In this document: in pieces, positions 8,339 through 16,222 of the stretch
How the letters are laid out: each line of letters begins with the position of its first letter
How positions within the stretch are numbered: position 1 is the first letter of the stretch
Source: an uncultured bacterium
Lineage (GTDB): Bacteria > Caldisericota > Caldisericia > B22-G15
Direction of reading: 5' to 3'
Assembly (NCBI GenBank): GCA_965612865.1
Contig: CBFDTJ010000019.1
Coordinates: 1 to 21,748, forward strand
Length of the DNA stretch: 21,748 nucleotides
Translations under genes and position numbers: made by a program
Notes under the pieces: generated by a model
The model's database searches: none
Told to the model about the DNA's origin: nothing
The model's input: only the letters and a program-made list of their open reading frames with translations

Positions 8339-9568
8339 TTAAGTTTTAATTTTCTTTTTGAGAAGTTTACCTAATCGTTTTATACCTTCCTCTATTTGCT
8401 CCACGCTGGGAAGTGAGAAGTTTAGTCTCAGGCAATTGTGTATGTTTCTATGTGGATAGAAAGCGACTCCTACAACAAATGCAACCTTTTCCTCTATTGC
8501 TTCGTAGAAGAGTTCTTCAGTGTTTATACTCTTTGGACAACATGCCCACACAAACAAGCCACCCTCAGGTTTGGTCCACTTGACTTCTTCAGGGAAATAC
8601 TTTTTCATACTCTCAAGCATTACGTCTCTTTTCTTTTTATACTCTCTTCTTACAGTTTCAAGATATGGTTCAAGATATCCTCTTTTCAAGAATTCATACA
8701 CTATAAACTGAGTTATAGAGGGAGAACACAGGTCTGCTGCCTGTTTTGCAATTACAATTTTTCTTATTGCTTGCGGATCCCCAACTATCCATCCAAGTCT
8801 GAGGCCAGGAGAGAGAATCTTTGAGAATGTTCTTAATGCTATAACATGTGATATATCCATAGTTATTAGAGATGGAAGTTTTTTTCCCTCAAATCTTACT
8901 TCACCATATGGGTCATCCTCTATAATTGGGATCTGGTATCTTTCAGATATTTCTATTATGTCTTTTCTTCTCTCCTCAGAGAGGGTTACCCCTGTTGGGT
9001 TATGGAAGTTTGGCACAATATATACAAATTTTGGTTTTATTCCCTCTCTCCTTAACCTCTTTATTTCATCTTCTAAAATATTCACGTCTATTCCATCTTT
9101 GTTTATTCTTATATCCACAAATTTTGCCTGGAAGGCATTAAAAGCCTGAAGAGCACCAAGGTATGAAGGGGATTCCACGAGTACAGTATCTCCTGGATTT
9201 ATAAACACTTTAGCCACAAGATCCAATCCCTGCTGGGAAGCTGTAGTTATTATAAGGTTGTCTAAAGAAACATCTGCTCCTTCTTTTCTCATTCTTTCTA
9301 CCAGGAGCTCTCTTAGTTGTTTTAAGCCCTCGGTTACTCCATACTGAAGAGCCTCTTTTCCATAAGTTTTTAGCACATAATCTGTAACTTCTCTGATGTG
9401 TTCTGAAGGGAAAAAGGTTGGATCAGGAAAACCACCTGCCAATGAAATTACACCTTCTTGCTTTGCTACTTTCAGTAACTCTCTTATTTCCGAGGCCCTC
9501 ATTCCCCTTGCTCTTTCAGAATACAATCCTTCCCAGTCAATTCCAATCTCGTTAGGTGATACCCCCAT
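8339..9568 (-). CDS. PLP-dependent class I/II aminotransferase (LysN / multiple-substrate type, no HTH)
   Basis: ISLAGGFP, ALQYG, SQQGLDL, ESPSYLGA, PNFHNPTG, EDDPY, TFSKILSPGLRLGW (PLP lysine), LRLNFS. Confidence 0.92.
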   Translation of the reverse strand: MGVSPNEIGIDWEGLYSERARGMRASEIRELLKVAKQEGVISLAGGFPDPTFFPSEHIREVTDYVLKTYGKEALQYGVTEGLKQLRELLVERMRKEGADVSLDNLIITTASQQGLDLVAKVFINPGDTVLVESPSYLGALQAFNAFQAKFVDIRINKDGIDVNILEDEIKRLRREGIKPKFVYIVPNFHNPTGVTLSEERRKDIIEISERYQIPIIEDDPYGEVRFEGKKLPSLITMDISHVIALRTFSKILSPGLRLGWIVGDPQAIRKIVIAKQAADLCSPSITQFIVYEFLKRGYLEPYLETVRREYKKKRDVMLESMKKYFPEEVKWTKPEGGLFVWACCPKSINTEELFYEAIEEKVAFVVGVAFYPHRNIHNCLRLNFSLPSVEQIEEGIKRLGKLLKKKIKT

Positions 9569-9606
9569 AGTTTCACCTTCCTTTCTTTAAGTTTTTGCCA
9601 AAGAAG

Positions 9607-9635
9607 ATTTTAACAAACTAACTCAAGAAAGTCAA
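9607..9635 (-). promoter_or_regulatory. Sigma70-type promoter of the aminotransferase
   Basis: TTGACT (9635-9630), 17 nt, TG-T-TAAAAT (9612-9607); SD-like GGAAGGTG before the ATG. Confidence 0.7.
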
Positions 9636-9811
9636 ATAAGTTAAATTAACCTTTTAAAATGTAGTTTTTTATTCTGCGATAGACTGAAAGGTGAAGTTGG
9701 AATTTTAGATTTCTATCGCTATCTTTAAAATATCATGGATTCTAAGGACAATTGCATAATGAAATCTGAAGAGGTCTGGATGAAGATTACGCTTAAAAAA
9801 TGATAGACTTC

Positions 9812-10621
9812 CTATGCGTTTTTATTGAATCTTTTAATCTCTTCTAACTTGACTTCTCTCTGTCCCCCATCCTGGAATTCCACAAGAACAGTCTTTTTGA
9901 AGGGAGATATTGAAAAAACCTTTCCCCGTTTTCCATCAACTTCTACTTCTTCTTCTATCTCTGGATAATCTCTTTCCATCTCTTCATATATAGGTAATTC
10001 ATATAAAAGGCAACACATAAGTCTCCCGCATATGCCAGATATTTTAAAAGGATTCACGTTAAGCCCCTGTTTTCTTGCCATGTCAAGAGTGACAGGTTTA
10101 AAATCTGTGAGAAAGACAGAGCAGCACAGGGGTCTTCCACATGGACCAAGTCCTCCAACAAGTCTTGCTTCATCTCTTGTTCCGATTTGCCATAACTCAA
10201 TCCTTGTTTTAAATGTTGCGGCAAGATCTCTTACAAGTGCTCTAAAATCCACTCTATTTTCTGCAGTAAAAAGAAATGTGAGTTTTTTTCTATCAAGAGA
10301 GTAATGGGCAAGAATTAACTCCATTGGAAGTCCATGTTTTGATATTTTCATCTTACATATTTCCAGTGCCTTTTTTTCTTCGTTTTTATTCTGTTCAAAC
10401 TTGTTTTTGTCAGTATCTGTAGCAAGTCTTAGAAGATTGCATTCTGCGTTTCTCTCTTCCTCTGTTTCTATAACATCAGAGTAGACTCTTGCCAGCTCCT
10501 CACATCTATCCTTTTCTATTACCACCATATCCATCTTTTTAATTTCTATGTTTAGTGAGAAATTACATAGATGGAATTTCTTGTCTCCACCTATAAGTTT
10601 TACGTATATATACTTATGCAT
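9812..10621 (-). CDS. ricT: PSP1-domain Fe-S protein RicT/YaaT (stage 0 sporulation family)
   Basis: FTAENRVDFRALVRDLA, RIELWQIGTRDEA, GGLGPCGRPLCC, KISGICGRLMCCL; follows holB as in Firmicutes. Confidence 0.93.
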   Translation of the reverse strand: MHKYIYVKLIGGDKKFHLCNFSLNIEIKKMDMVVIEKDRCEELARVYSDVIETEEERNAECNLLRLATDTDKNKFEQNKNEEKKALEICKMKISKHGLPMELILAHYSLDRKKLTFLFTAENRVDFRALVRDLAATFKTRIELWQIGTRDEARLVGGLGPCGRPLCCSVFLTDFKPVTLDMARKQGLNVNPFKISGICGRLMCCLLYELPIYEEMERDYPEIEEEVEVDGKRGKVFSISPFKKTVLVEFQDGGQREVKLEEIKRFNKNA

Positions 10622-11543
10622 TGATTCCTCCGCTCAGTCTAAGAATTTCGATTCCAAGTTTCCTAATTAAAAAAGACTGATTTAAATTATACTTTAAATC
10701 TTTTTCAATCTCAAATAATTTTTCTCCCAGTCTTATTAGTGCATCCATAGATAAACTTATGGACAGATCAAAAATATCTTGAAGAAAGTCAAGATTTTTT
10801 ATAAGAGATTCCTCTTTCACTTTCTTTATTGATACCATATCAGATACAACTTCTTCAAAAATGATTATAGCTTCTTCAAGATTTTCGAGCTTCTCCATAT
10901 ATTTTACAAATTCTATATAGGTTCTATTACCTTTAAGGAAGGAGATAAAATGGGAGATAATCTCTTTTCTGTAAGTTAGTCTGTCTTCATCCATAATATT
11001 GTATGCTTTCTTTAAACTTCCGTTGGATATTCTGGATATGAGTTTTACCTCTTCCTGATTTTCTACCTGCTCCCTAACTTTTTCCTCTATTAATTTTGTT
11101 GGAATTGGAGAGAAATGTACTGGGAGACACCTGGATATAACTGTATCTGGAAGTTTTTCAGGGAAGGGAGTTATAAGTATAAAAATAGTCCTTTCAGGTG
11201 GTTCTTCCAGTATTTTAAGCAGACTATTCGCTGCCTCTATAGTTAGAAGGTGTGCGTTGTCAATTATATTTATTCTAAATTTTCCCTGGGGTGAAAGATA
11301 GGAGGTTCTTTTAAGCTCTCTTATCTTATCTATTCCTATACTTTTTTCTCCCTCTATTATTGTGATATCTTTTAATAAACTTTCATTTGAGCCATTTATA
11401 ATTTTTGAAAATTCTATGGCAAATTTTAGTTTTCCAACCCCCTCCTTACCATAAAATAAAAAAGCATGGGGAATTTTCTCTGTTTCTATAATTTTTTTGA
11501 GGAGTTTTTTAACTCTCTCCTGGTCTATTAAATTCTTAAACAC
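10614..11543 (-). CDS. holB: DNA polymerase III subunit delta'
   Basis: HAFLFYGKEGVGK, SIGIDKIR, IIDNAHLLTIEAANSLLKILEEPP, TVISRC; holB-ricT synteny. Confidence 0.9.
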   Translation of the reverse strand: MFKNLIDQERVKKLLKKIIETEKIPHAFLFYGKEGVGKLKFAIEFSKIINGSNESLLKDITIIEGEKSIGIDKIRELKRTSYLSPQGKFRINIIDNAHLLTIEAANSLLKILEEPPERTIFILITPFPEKLPDTVISRCLPVHFSPIPTKLIEEKVREQVENQEEVKLISRISNGSLKKAYNIMDEDRLTYRKEIISHFISFLKGNRTYIEFVKYMEKLENLEEAIIIFEEVVSDMVSIKKVKEESLIKNLDFLQDIFDLSISLSMDALIRLGEKLFEIEKDLKYNLNQSFLIRKLGIEILRLSGGINA

Positions 11544-12603
11544 CTTTTAATTTTTCATCAACATATTCATAAAGTTCTGTATTGGGGACTCTTTCAAAGG
11601 CAATATCTATTTGAGGCGGAGTTTCTCCTCTTAAATACATAAGGTGGGCTTCGAGGCAGGTAATTTTCTTTTCTCTGTTTATTTCAAGGAAGTATCTCTG
11701 AGAGGAATCAGGGAAATCCTTTGTAGGGTTAGTTATAAGAGATATAAATTTAAATATATCATCTTCTGACACATTTATTATTCCACTTTCCTTTATTCTT
11801 TGAGATAATTCAAAATCCTGTTCAACAAATTTTAGAGAGTACTTGTCAAAGGTGTCTATTGCATCAGCCAGGAAAACTCCGAGGGCAACTGAAATTGAAT
11901 GAAATAATTTACCTCCCATAAGCATACCGAGATCATCAGAAACACCGTTCCCTTTCTTATGCCTTATATACTGAAATCTTATGGATGGATGAGCTAAAAA
12001 TTTTTCCTTTTCATCTTCCTCTATTTCTATAATTAATCCATTCTTCCTGTAGATTTCTATTTTATCTTCATGCTCTCCATGTGCAAGAATCTCGCCATCC
12101 AGATCCATTCTCTCCATAACTTCAAAATCCACAAGATAATTTTTTCCACCACCTATGTTTATTCTGTACTTCTCTTCTACTTTCTTTCTTGTTGGATAGT
12201 CATCCATCAATCCTCCAAGATAAAGTCCAAGGAGAACCTCCTTAGCATTTATTTCCATCTCATTGAATAACGGAACTCTGAGTATGGGCTCACCATCTTT
12301 ACTGATAAGTTTTGTAACATTTTCTCCAGCAATTACCCTTTCAACAAATTCATAGATTTCATCTATAAGAGCCTGCCTTGAACTTCTTATGGCAAAGGCG
12401 TCATAACCTAAAAGATAAACTATATCGTTTATCGTAGTATCGACAAATTTCTTACCATGAAACTCACTGTGTCCGTTGTGGGCGTGTCCTTCTATGGATT
12501 GTATAAACAAAAGTTCTTCAACTTCCTTTGATGTAAAAAGTTTCACAGTTTTTTTAAGATGTTCAAAATCTCTCCTTACCAGTTCCTTTGGGGCTATCTT
12601 CAT
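11536..12603 (-). CDS. Uncharacterised 355-aa soluble acidic protein with His/Asp clusters
   Basis: Long ORF with GGAGGT SD and its own extended -10, overlapping the holB start by 8 nt; no family recognised. Confidence 0.85.
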   Translation of the reverse strand: MKIAPKELVRRDFEHLKKTVKLFTSKEVEELLFIQSIEGHAHNGHSEFHGKKFVDTTINDIVYLLGYDAFAIRSSRQALIDEIYEFVERVIAGENVTKLISKDGEPILRVPLFNEMEINAKEVLLGLYLGGLMDDYPTRKKVEEKYRINIGGGKNYLVDFEVMERMDLDGEILAHGEHEDKIEIYRKNGLIIEIEEDEKEKFLAHPSIRFQYIRHKKGNGVSDDLGMLMGGKLFHSISVALGVFLADAIDTFDKYSLKFVEQDFELSQRIKESGIINVSEDDIFKFISLITNPTKDFPDSSQRYFLEINREKKITCLEAHLMYLRGETPPQIDIAFERVPNTELYEYVDEKLKGV

Positions 12604-12607
12604 TTTT

Positions 12608-12648
12608 TACCTCCAATTTTAAAATAACACAAATACAATTATAACACA
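12608..12648 (-). promoter_or_regulatory. Extended -10 promoter and SD for the hypothetical-holB-ricT operon
   Basis: Minus strand TGTG-T-TATAAT (-10 at 12643-12638); GGAGGT 5 nt before ATG 12603; no convincing -35. Confidence 0.65.
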
Positions 12649-12683
12649 GGAGAGAAGTAGAGTTTTGCATAACTCCTTAATCT

Positions 12684-13343
12684 TTACTTGTTTCTGTATT
12701 TGAAATTGTAGAGAAGCTTGTAGAATCCCACCCCAATTCTTTCGTATTCAATAACCACATCTTCTGGTAGTTCAAGTACTGTTGGAGAAAAGTTCCATAT
12801 TGCTTTTATACCTGATTCTACAATAGTTTCGACAACTTCCTGTGCTTCTTTTGGAGGAATACAAACTATTGCAACTTCAACACTTTTGTTTTTCTTTATG
12901 AATTCAGGGAGGGTTTTTATATCAAGAACAGGGATATTGTTTATCTTTTTTCCAACCTTTCTTTTGTCTTTGTCAAAGAAGGCTTTGAAGCATATGTTAC
13001 TCTTTTTAAAATTATCGTAACCTGAAATTGCCTGTCCAAGTTTACCTGCACCAATTATTATACCGCACGTTTTCTTATCCACATTAAATATTTCTTTTAA
13101 AGCCTTCTTTAACTTTTTGACTTCATACCCCTTCCTTGCTTTACCCTCCACCTCTTCAAAACACAGGAAGTCCTGTCTTACAGTAGTTGCAGAAACACCA
13201 GCAAGATTCCCAAGTTCTTCACTGGAAATATACTTTCTTCTTAAAGGCAGGGTAATTAAGATTTCATAATAGAGGGCAAGTCTCTCAACCGTTTTGGGTG
13301 AGATTCTCTTCTTACATCTCTTTTTGCGAATGTATTTTCTCAT
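12684..13343 (-). CDS. rex: Redox-sensing transcriptional repressor
   Basis: ISPKTVERLALY, ISSEELG, TVRQDF...GY, Rossmann IIGAGKLGQAI, AQEV, GIKAIWNFSP. Confidence 0.92.
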   Translation of the reverse strand: MRKYIRKKRCKKRISPKTVERLALYYEILITLPLRRKYISSEELGNLAGVSATTVRQDFLCFEEVEGKARKGYEVKKLKKALKEIFNVDKKTCGIIIGAGKLGQAISGYDNFKKSNICFKAFFDKDKRKVGKKINNIPVLDIKTLPEFIKKNKSVEVAIVCIPPKEAQEVVETIVESGIKAIWNFSPTVLELPEDVVIEYERIGVGFYKLLYNFKYRNK

Positions 13344-13380
13344 ATTGATTATATATTAACAAAAATATTTAAATTGTCAA
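13344..13380 (-). promoter_or_regulatory. rex promoter with an overlapping Rex-type operator
   Basis: TTGACA (13380-13375), 16 nt, TG-T-TAATAT; 18-bp imperfect palindrome TTGATTA-TATA-TTAACAA at 13345-13362; no SD. Confidence 0.7.
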
Positions 13381-13403
13381 ATTTAAAACCCACAAACTCA
13401 AAT

Positions 13404-14092
13404 TTACGTTATATGTATCCCTCTCTGATTGAGGAATTGTTTGAACAAAATTGCATCTTCAAACATATAGATATTATTAAAGAGCACAATATTTTCATCA
13501 CCTGTTAGGTGTCTATAGATCTCTTCAAAATCTTCTTCTGTATATTTATACCTGTACATGGTAAGGCCATGCAGTCTGAAGTAATTTATCCTTTGTCTGG
13601 GTATGTATTGCCTTAAAGGGTCACCTCCTATTATTATTCCCTCTCTTATTATTTCTTCATATATTTCTTTCCATGAATCGTCCCTAAATTCAACCACTGG
13701 TGTAAAACTACCTTTAACCTTATTGAAAAATCTTATAAGATTCTTCTCGTTTGTACTGTCTCTTTTAAAGGACTTTGGAAATTGGAAAACCACAAATCTT
13801 GCCCTAAGAACATTTGAAACCTTCTCCATGATTTTACATATTTCAAAGAGTTTTCTTTAAACTTTTTTACATCTTTCATTCTCCTGTAGGTTGGAGAATT
13901 TAATGGGTGTGTTAATAGTTGAATTACTTTAAAACTAAATTCAAAATCAGAGGGTGCCTCTTCTCTCCATTTGTTTAAGGTCTCCTCTTTTACAAAGTCA
14001 TAAAAAGTCTTTTGAATCTCTACTATTTTAAAGAATTTAAAGTATTTTTTTCTGCCCACAGAAAAACCACATGTTCCTATCTTAACATGCAT
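13404..14092 (-). pseudogene. DUF72 (YecE-like) gene split by a frameshift near 13850
   Basis: N-half KIGTCGF, VEIQKTFY, KWREEAPSDFEFSFK, LTHP-SPTYRR in one frame; C-half VFQFPKSF, VEFRDDSW, DPL, YFRLHG, YKYT, VLFNN in the -1 frame. Could be an assembly error. Confidence 0.8.
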
Positions 14093-14784
14093 TTCCTCAC
14101 TGCTCTCTCTGCTTTTTTACAGAGCATTTCAAGGTATTCCCTACTGTAGGGTTCTACCTTTTCGAAGGATGGGTCTATTGTATTTACAGGATTGAATTGC
14201 CTTATAACAAGAGTCTTTACTCCAACGAGAGAAGCAAGAATTCTCTCAAAATCTTCCTCTTTCATTAAACCTGGCACGGGAGTTACACTTATCTCGTATT
14301 GGAAGGAACTTCCCTTTAGGAATGTTATCAAGTTTCTTATGTTTCTTATGTCTACATTGGATTTGGTTGTATCTCTGTAGTTTTTATCAACGAGTGGTGC
14401 TTTTACATCAAGGGTTATAACATCCACTAATTTTGAGAGCATAATTTTTCTTATAAGGGGTTCATTTGATCCATTGGTGAGCAGTTTGATCTTAAAATCC
14501 ATTCTTTTTAATTCCTGTAAGAGTAGTACAAGTCCCCTATTTAGGCTAGGCTCTCCTCCTGAGATTACAACTCCTTCCACCCATTTTTTATTGGAAAGAA
14601 GGAATTCTTTTATCTTTTCAAAAGGGATTACCTCCATGTTTTTATAATTTAACACCAGGTCTTTCATATTGCAGTACGGGCATCTCATGTTACAACCGCC
14701 AAGATACAGAATGCAGGATGGTACCCCTTCCCATTCCTTATAAGAGTGTTCTTCCATTTTCCTTATTTTTATGTCTTCGTACAT
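14077..14784 (-). CDS. Radical SAM protein, anaerobic ribonucleotide reductase activating enzyme-like (NrdG/PflA family)
   Basis: GCNMRCPYCN (CxxxCxxC), VEGVVISGGEP, LTNGS, LDVKAP, TPVPG, RQFNP; SD AGGAGG. Confidence 0.85.
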   Translation of the reverse strand: MYEDIKIRKMEEHSYKEWEGVPSCILYLGGCNMRCPYCNMKDLVLNYKNMEVIPFEKIKEFLLSNKKWVEGVVISGGEPSLNRGLVLLLQELKRMDFKIKLLTNGSNEPLIRKIMLSKLVDVITLDVKAPLVDKNYRDTTKSNVDIRNIRNLITFLKGSSFQYEISVTPVPGLMKEEDFERILASLVGVKTLVIRQFNPVNTIDPSFEKVEPYSREYLEMLCKKAERAVRKCMLR

Positions 14785-14849
14785 CCTCTCCTCCTTATAT
14801 GGTTTTTAAAATTGTTGGAATTCCCTCCAGCACCATATGGAAATCTATT

Positions 14850-15434
14850 TTATTTAACAAGTTTGAAAGATTTTCTTACCAGCAATTCTCCACTGGATAG
14901 GTCAAAGAACTCAACAGCTACATTAAACTTTTCTATTGTAAGTATTCCTGCGCTCTTTGTACCGTCTTTGGGAAGAGATACAGAACCAGGACTTATGATG
15001 ATTTTATTATTTGATGATACTGCTTTCTTTACATGGTAATGACCATGAATAAGGATATCTATATCAAATTCGTCCATAAATTTAAACATCTCGCTATCAT
15101 TTTTGAACTGGTCTCCATGTATTATTCCCAGAGCAAAGGGATCGATATCTACAGTTTTAAATCTCTTGCTGATATCATGTTTTATTACCATCTGATCAAC
15201 ATTTGAATCACAGTTCCCTTTAACAAATATAATTTTTTCTTCAGGTATGGTATTTATAAATTCTGATAATTCTTTAGGTTTATATTCATCTGGTAGTGGA
15301 TTTCTTGGTCCATGATAGAGAATATCTCCTGCATGTATTATTAAATCCGTGTCCTTTAAAAGATTGTATGCTTTTTTGAACCACTTAAGTGAGCCATGTG
15401 AATCTGACATAAGACCAATTATCAAACCCATCAC
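14850..15434 (-). CDS. yfcE: YfcE-type metallophosphodiesterase
   Basis: SDSHGS, HAGDILYHGPRNPLP, KGNCD, HGD, HGHYH, PGSVSLPK. Confidence 0.88.
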   Translation of the reverse strand: MMGLIIGLMSDSHGSLKWFKKAYNLLKDTDLIIHAGDILYHGPRNPLPDEYKPKELSEFINTIPEEKIIFVKGNCDSNVDQMVIKHDISKRFKTVDIDPFALGIIHGDQFKNDSEMFKFMDEFDIDILIHGHYHVKKAVSSNNKIIISPGSVSLPKDGTKSAGILTIEKFNVAVEFFDLSSGELLVRKSFKLVK

Positions 15435-16222
15435 CTCCTTAAGTCTTTACTTTTCTTATATGCTGCAATTATTGCTTTCATTAAAGTGGATTTAAACCCG
15501 CTCTCTTCCAGCTTAAGAAGTGCTTCAACAGTGGTTCCTCCCGGTGAAGAAACCATATCTATGAGTTCATCGTAAGTTTTTTTAAGTTCTCTCTTAAGAA
15601 GAACCGAACCAATGACAGTTTCTTCAGAGAGCTTTTCGCTTATTTCTCTTGGAAGTCCAAGATAAACACCGGCATCGCTCATGGATTTGAGAAACAAAAA
15701 TATGTAAGCTGGACCTGATCCACTTAGAGATGTTCCAATGTCTATAAATTCTCCCTTTTCCACATAAACATCTTCACCAAGAGAAGAGAGTATTTTTTTA
15801 ACTATATTTCTTTCCTCTTCATTTAAACCCGAATCTGTCCACACTGTTATTCCTTTTCCAATCCTTGAGGGAAGGTTTGGCATACATCTTACAACTTTCT
15901 TTGCTTTAAGATGATCCTTCAAATTTTTAATGCTTATTCCAGCAAGAATTGAGATTAGTATTTTTCCGTCAAATTTACCAGTTAGTTCCTTTGATATTTC
16001 TTCAAGATTCTGTGGTTTTATGGAAAGTATTACAATGTCTGAAAACTTAAGAGCATCAATATTTTCAGTTGAACCCATTACTTTGTATCTTTCCAGTAAT
16101 TTTTTAAGATGTGTGGCTGTTTTTGTAGTTATAAATATGTCAGATTCCTTAAATCCTTTGTTTAAGAGCCCCTTAAGTAGAGATTCACCCATCTTTCCAC
16201 AGCCAATTATTGAAACTTTCAT
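15431..16222 (-). CDS. proC: Pyrroline-5-carboxylate reductase
   Basis: IIGCGKMG, IKPQ, SILAG, RCMPN, SGSGPAY, VSSPGGTT. Confidence 0.97.
   Translation of the reverse strand: MKVSIIGCGKMGESLLKGLLNKGFKESDIFITTKTATHLKKLLERYKVMGSTENIDALKFSDIVILSIKPQNLEEISKELTGKFDGKILISILAGISIKNLKDHLKAKKVVRCMPNLPSRIGKGITVWTDSGLNEEERNIVKKILSSLGEDVYVEKGEFIDIGTSLSGSGPAYIFLFLKSMSDAGVYLGLPREISEKLSEETVIGSVLLKRELKKTYDELIDMVSSPGGTTVEALLKLEESGFKSTLMKAIIAAYKKSKDLRR

Noticed and set aside
13862..13868. Programmed -1 frameshift at A-AAA-AAG restoring DUF72
   Set aside because: The -1 frame reaches TAA two codons later, before the C-terminal ORF opens.
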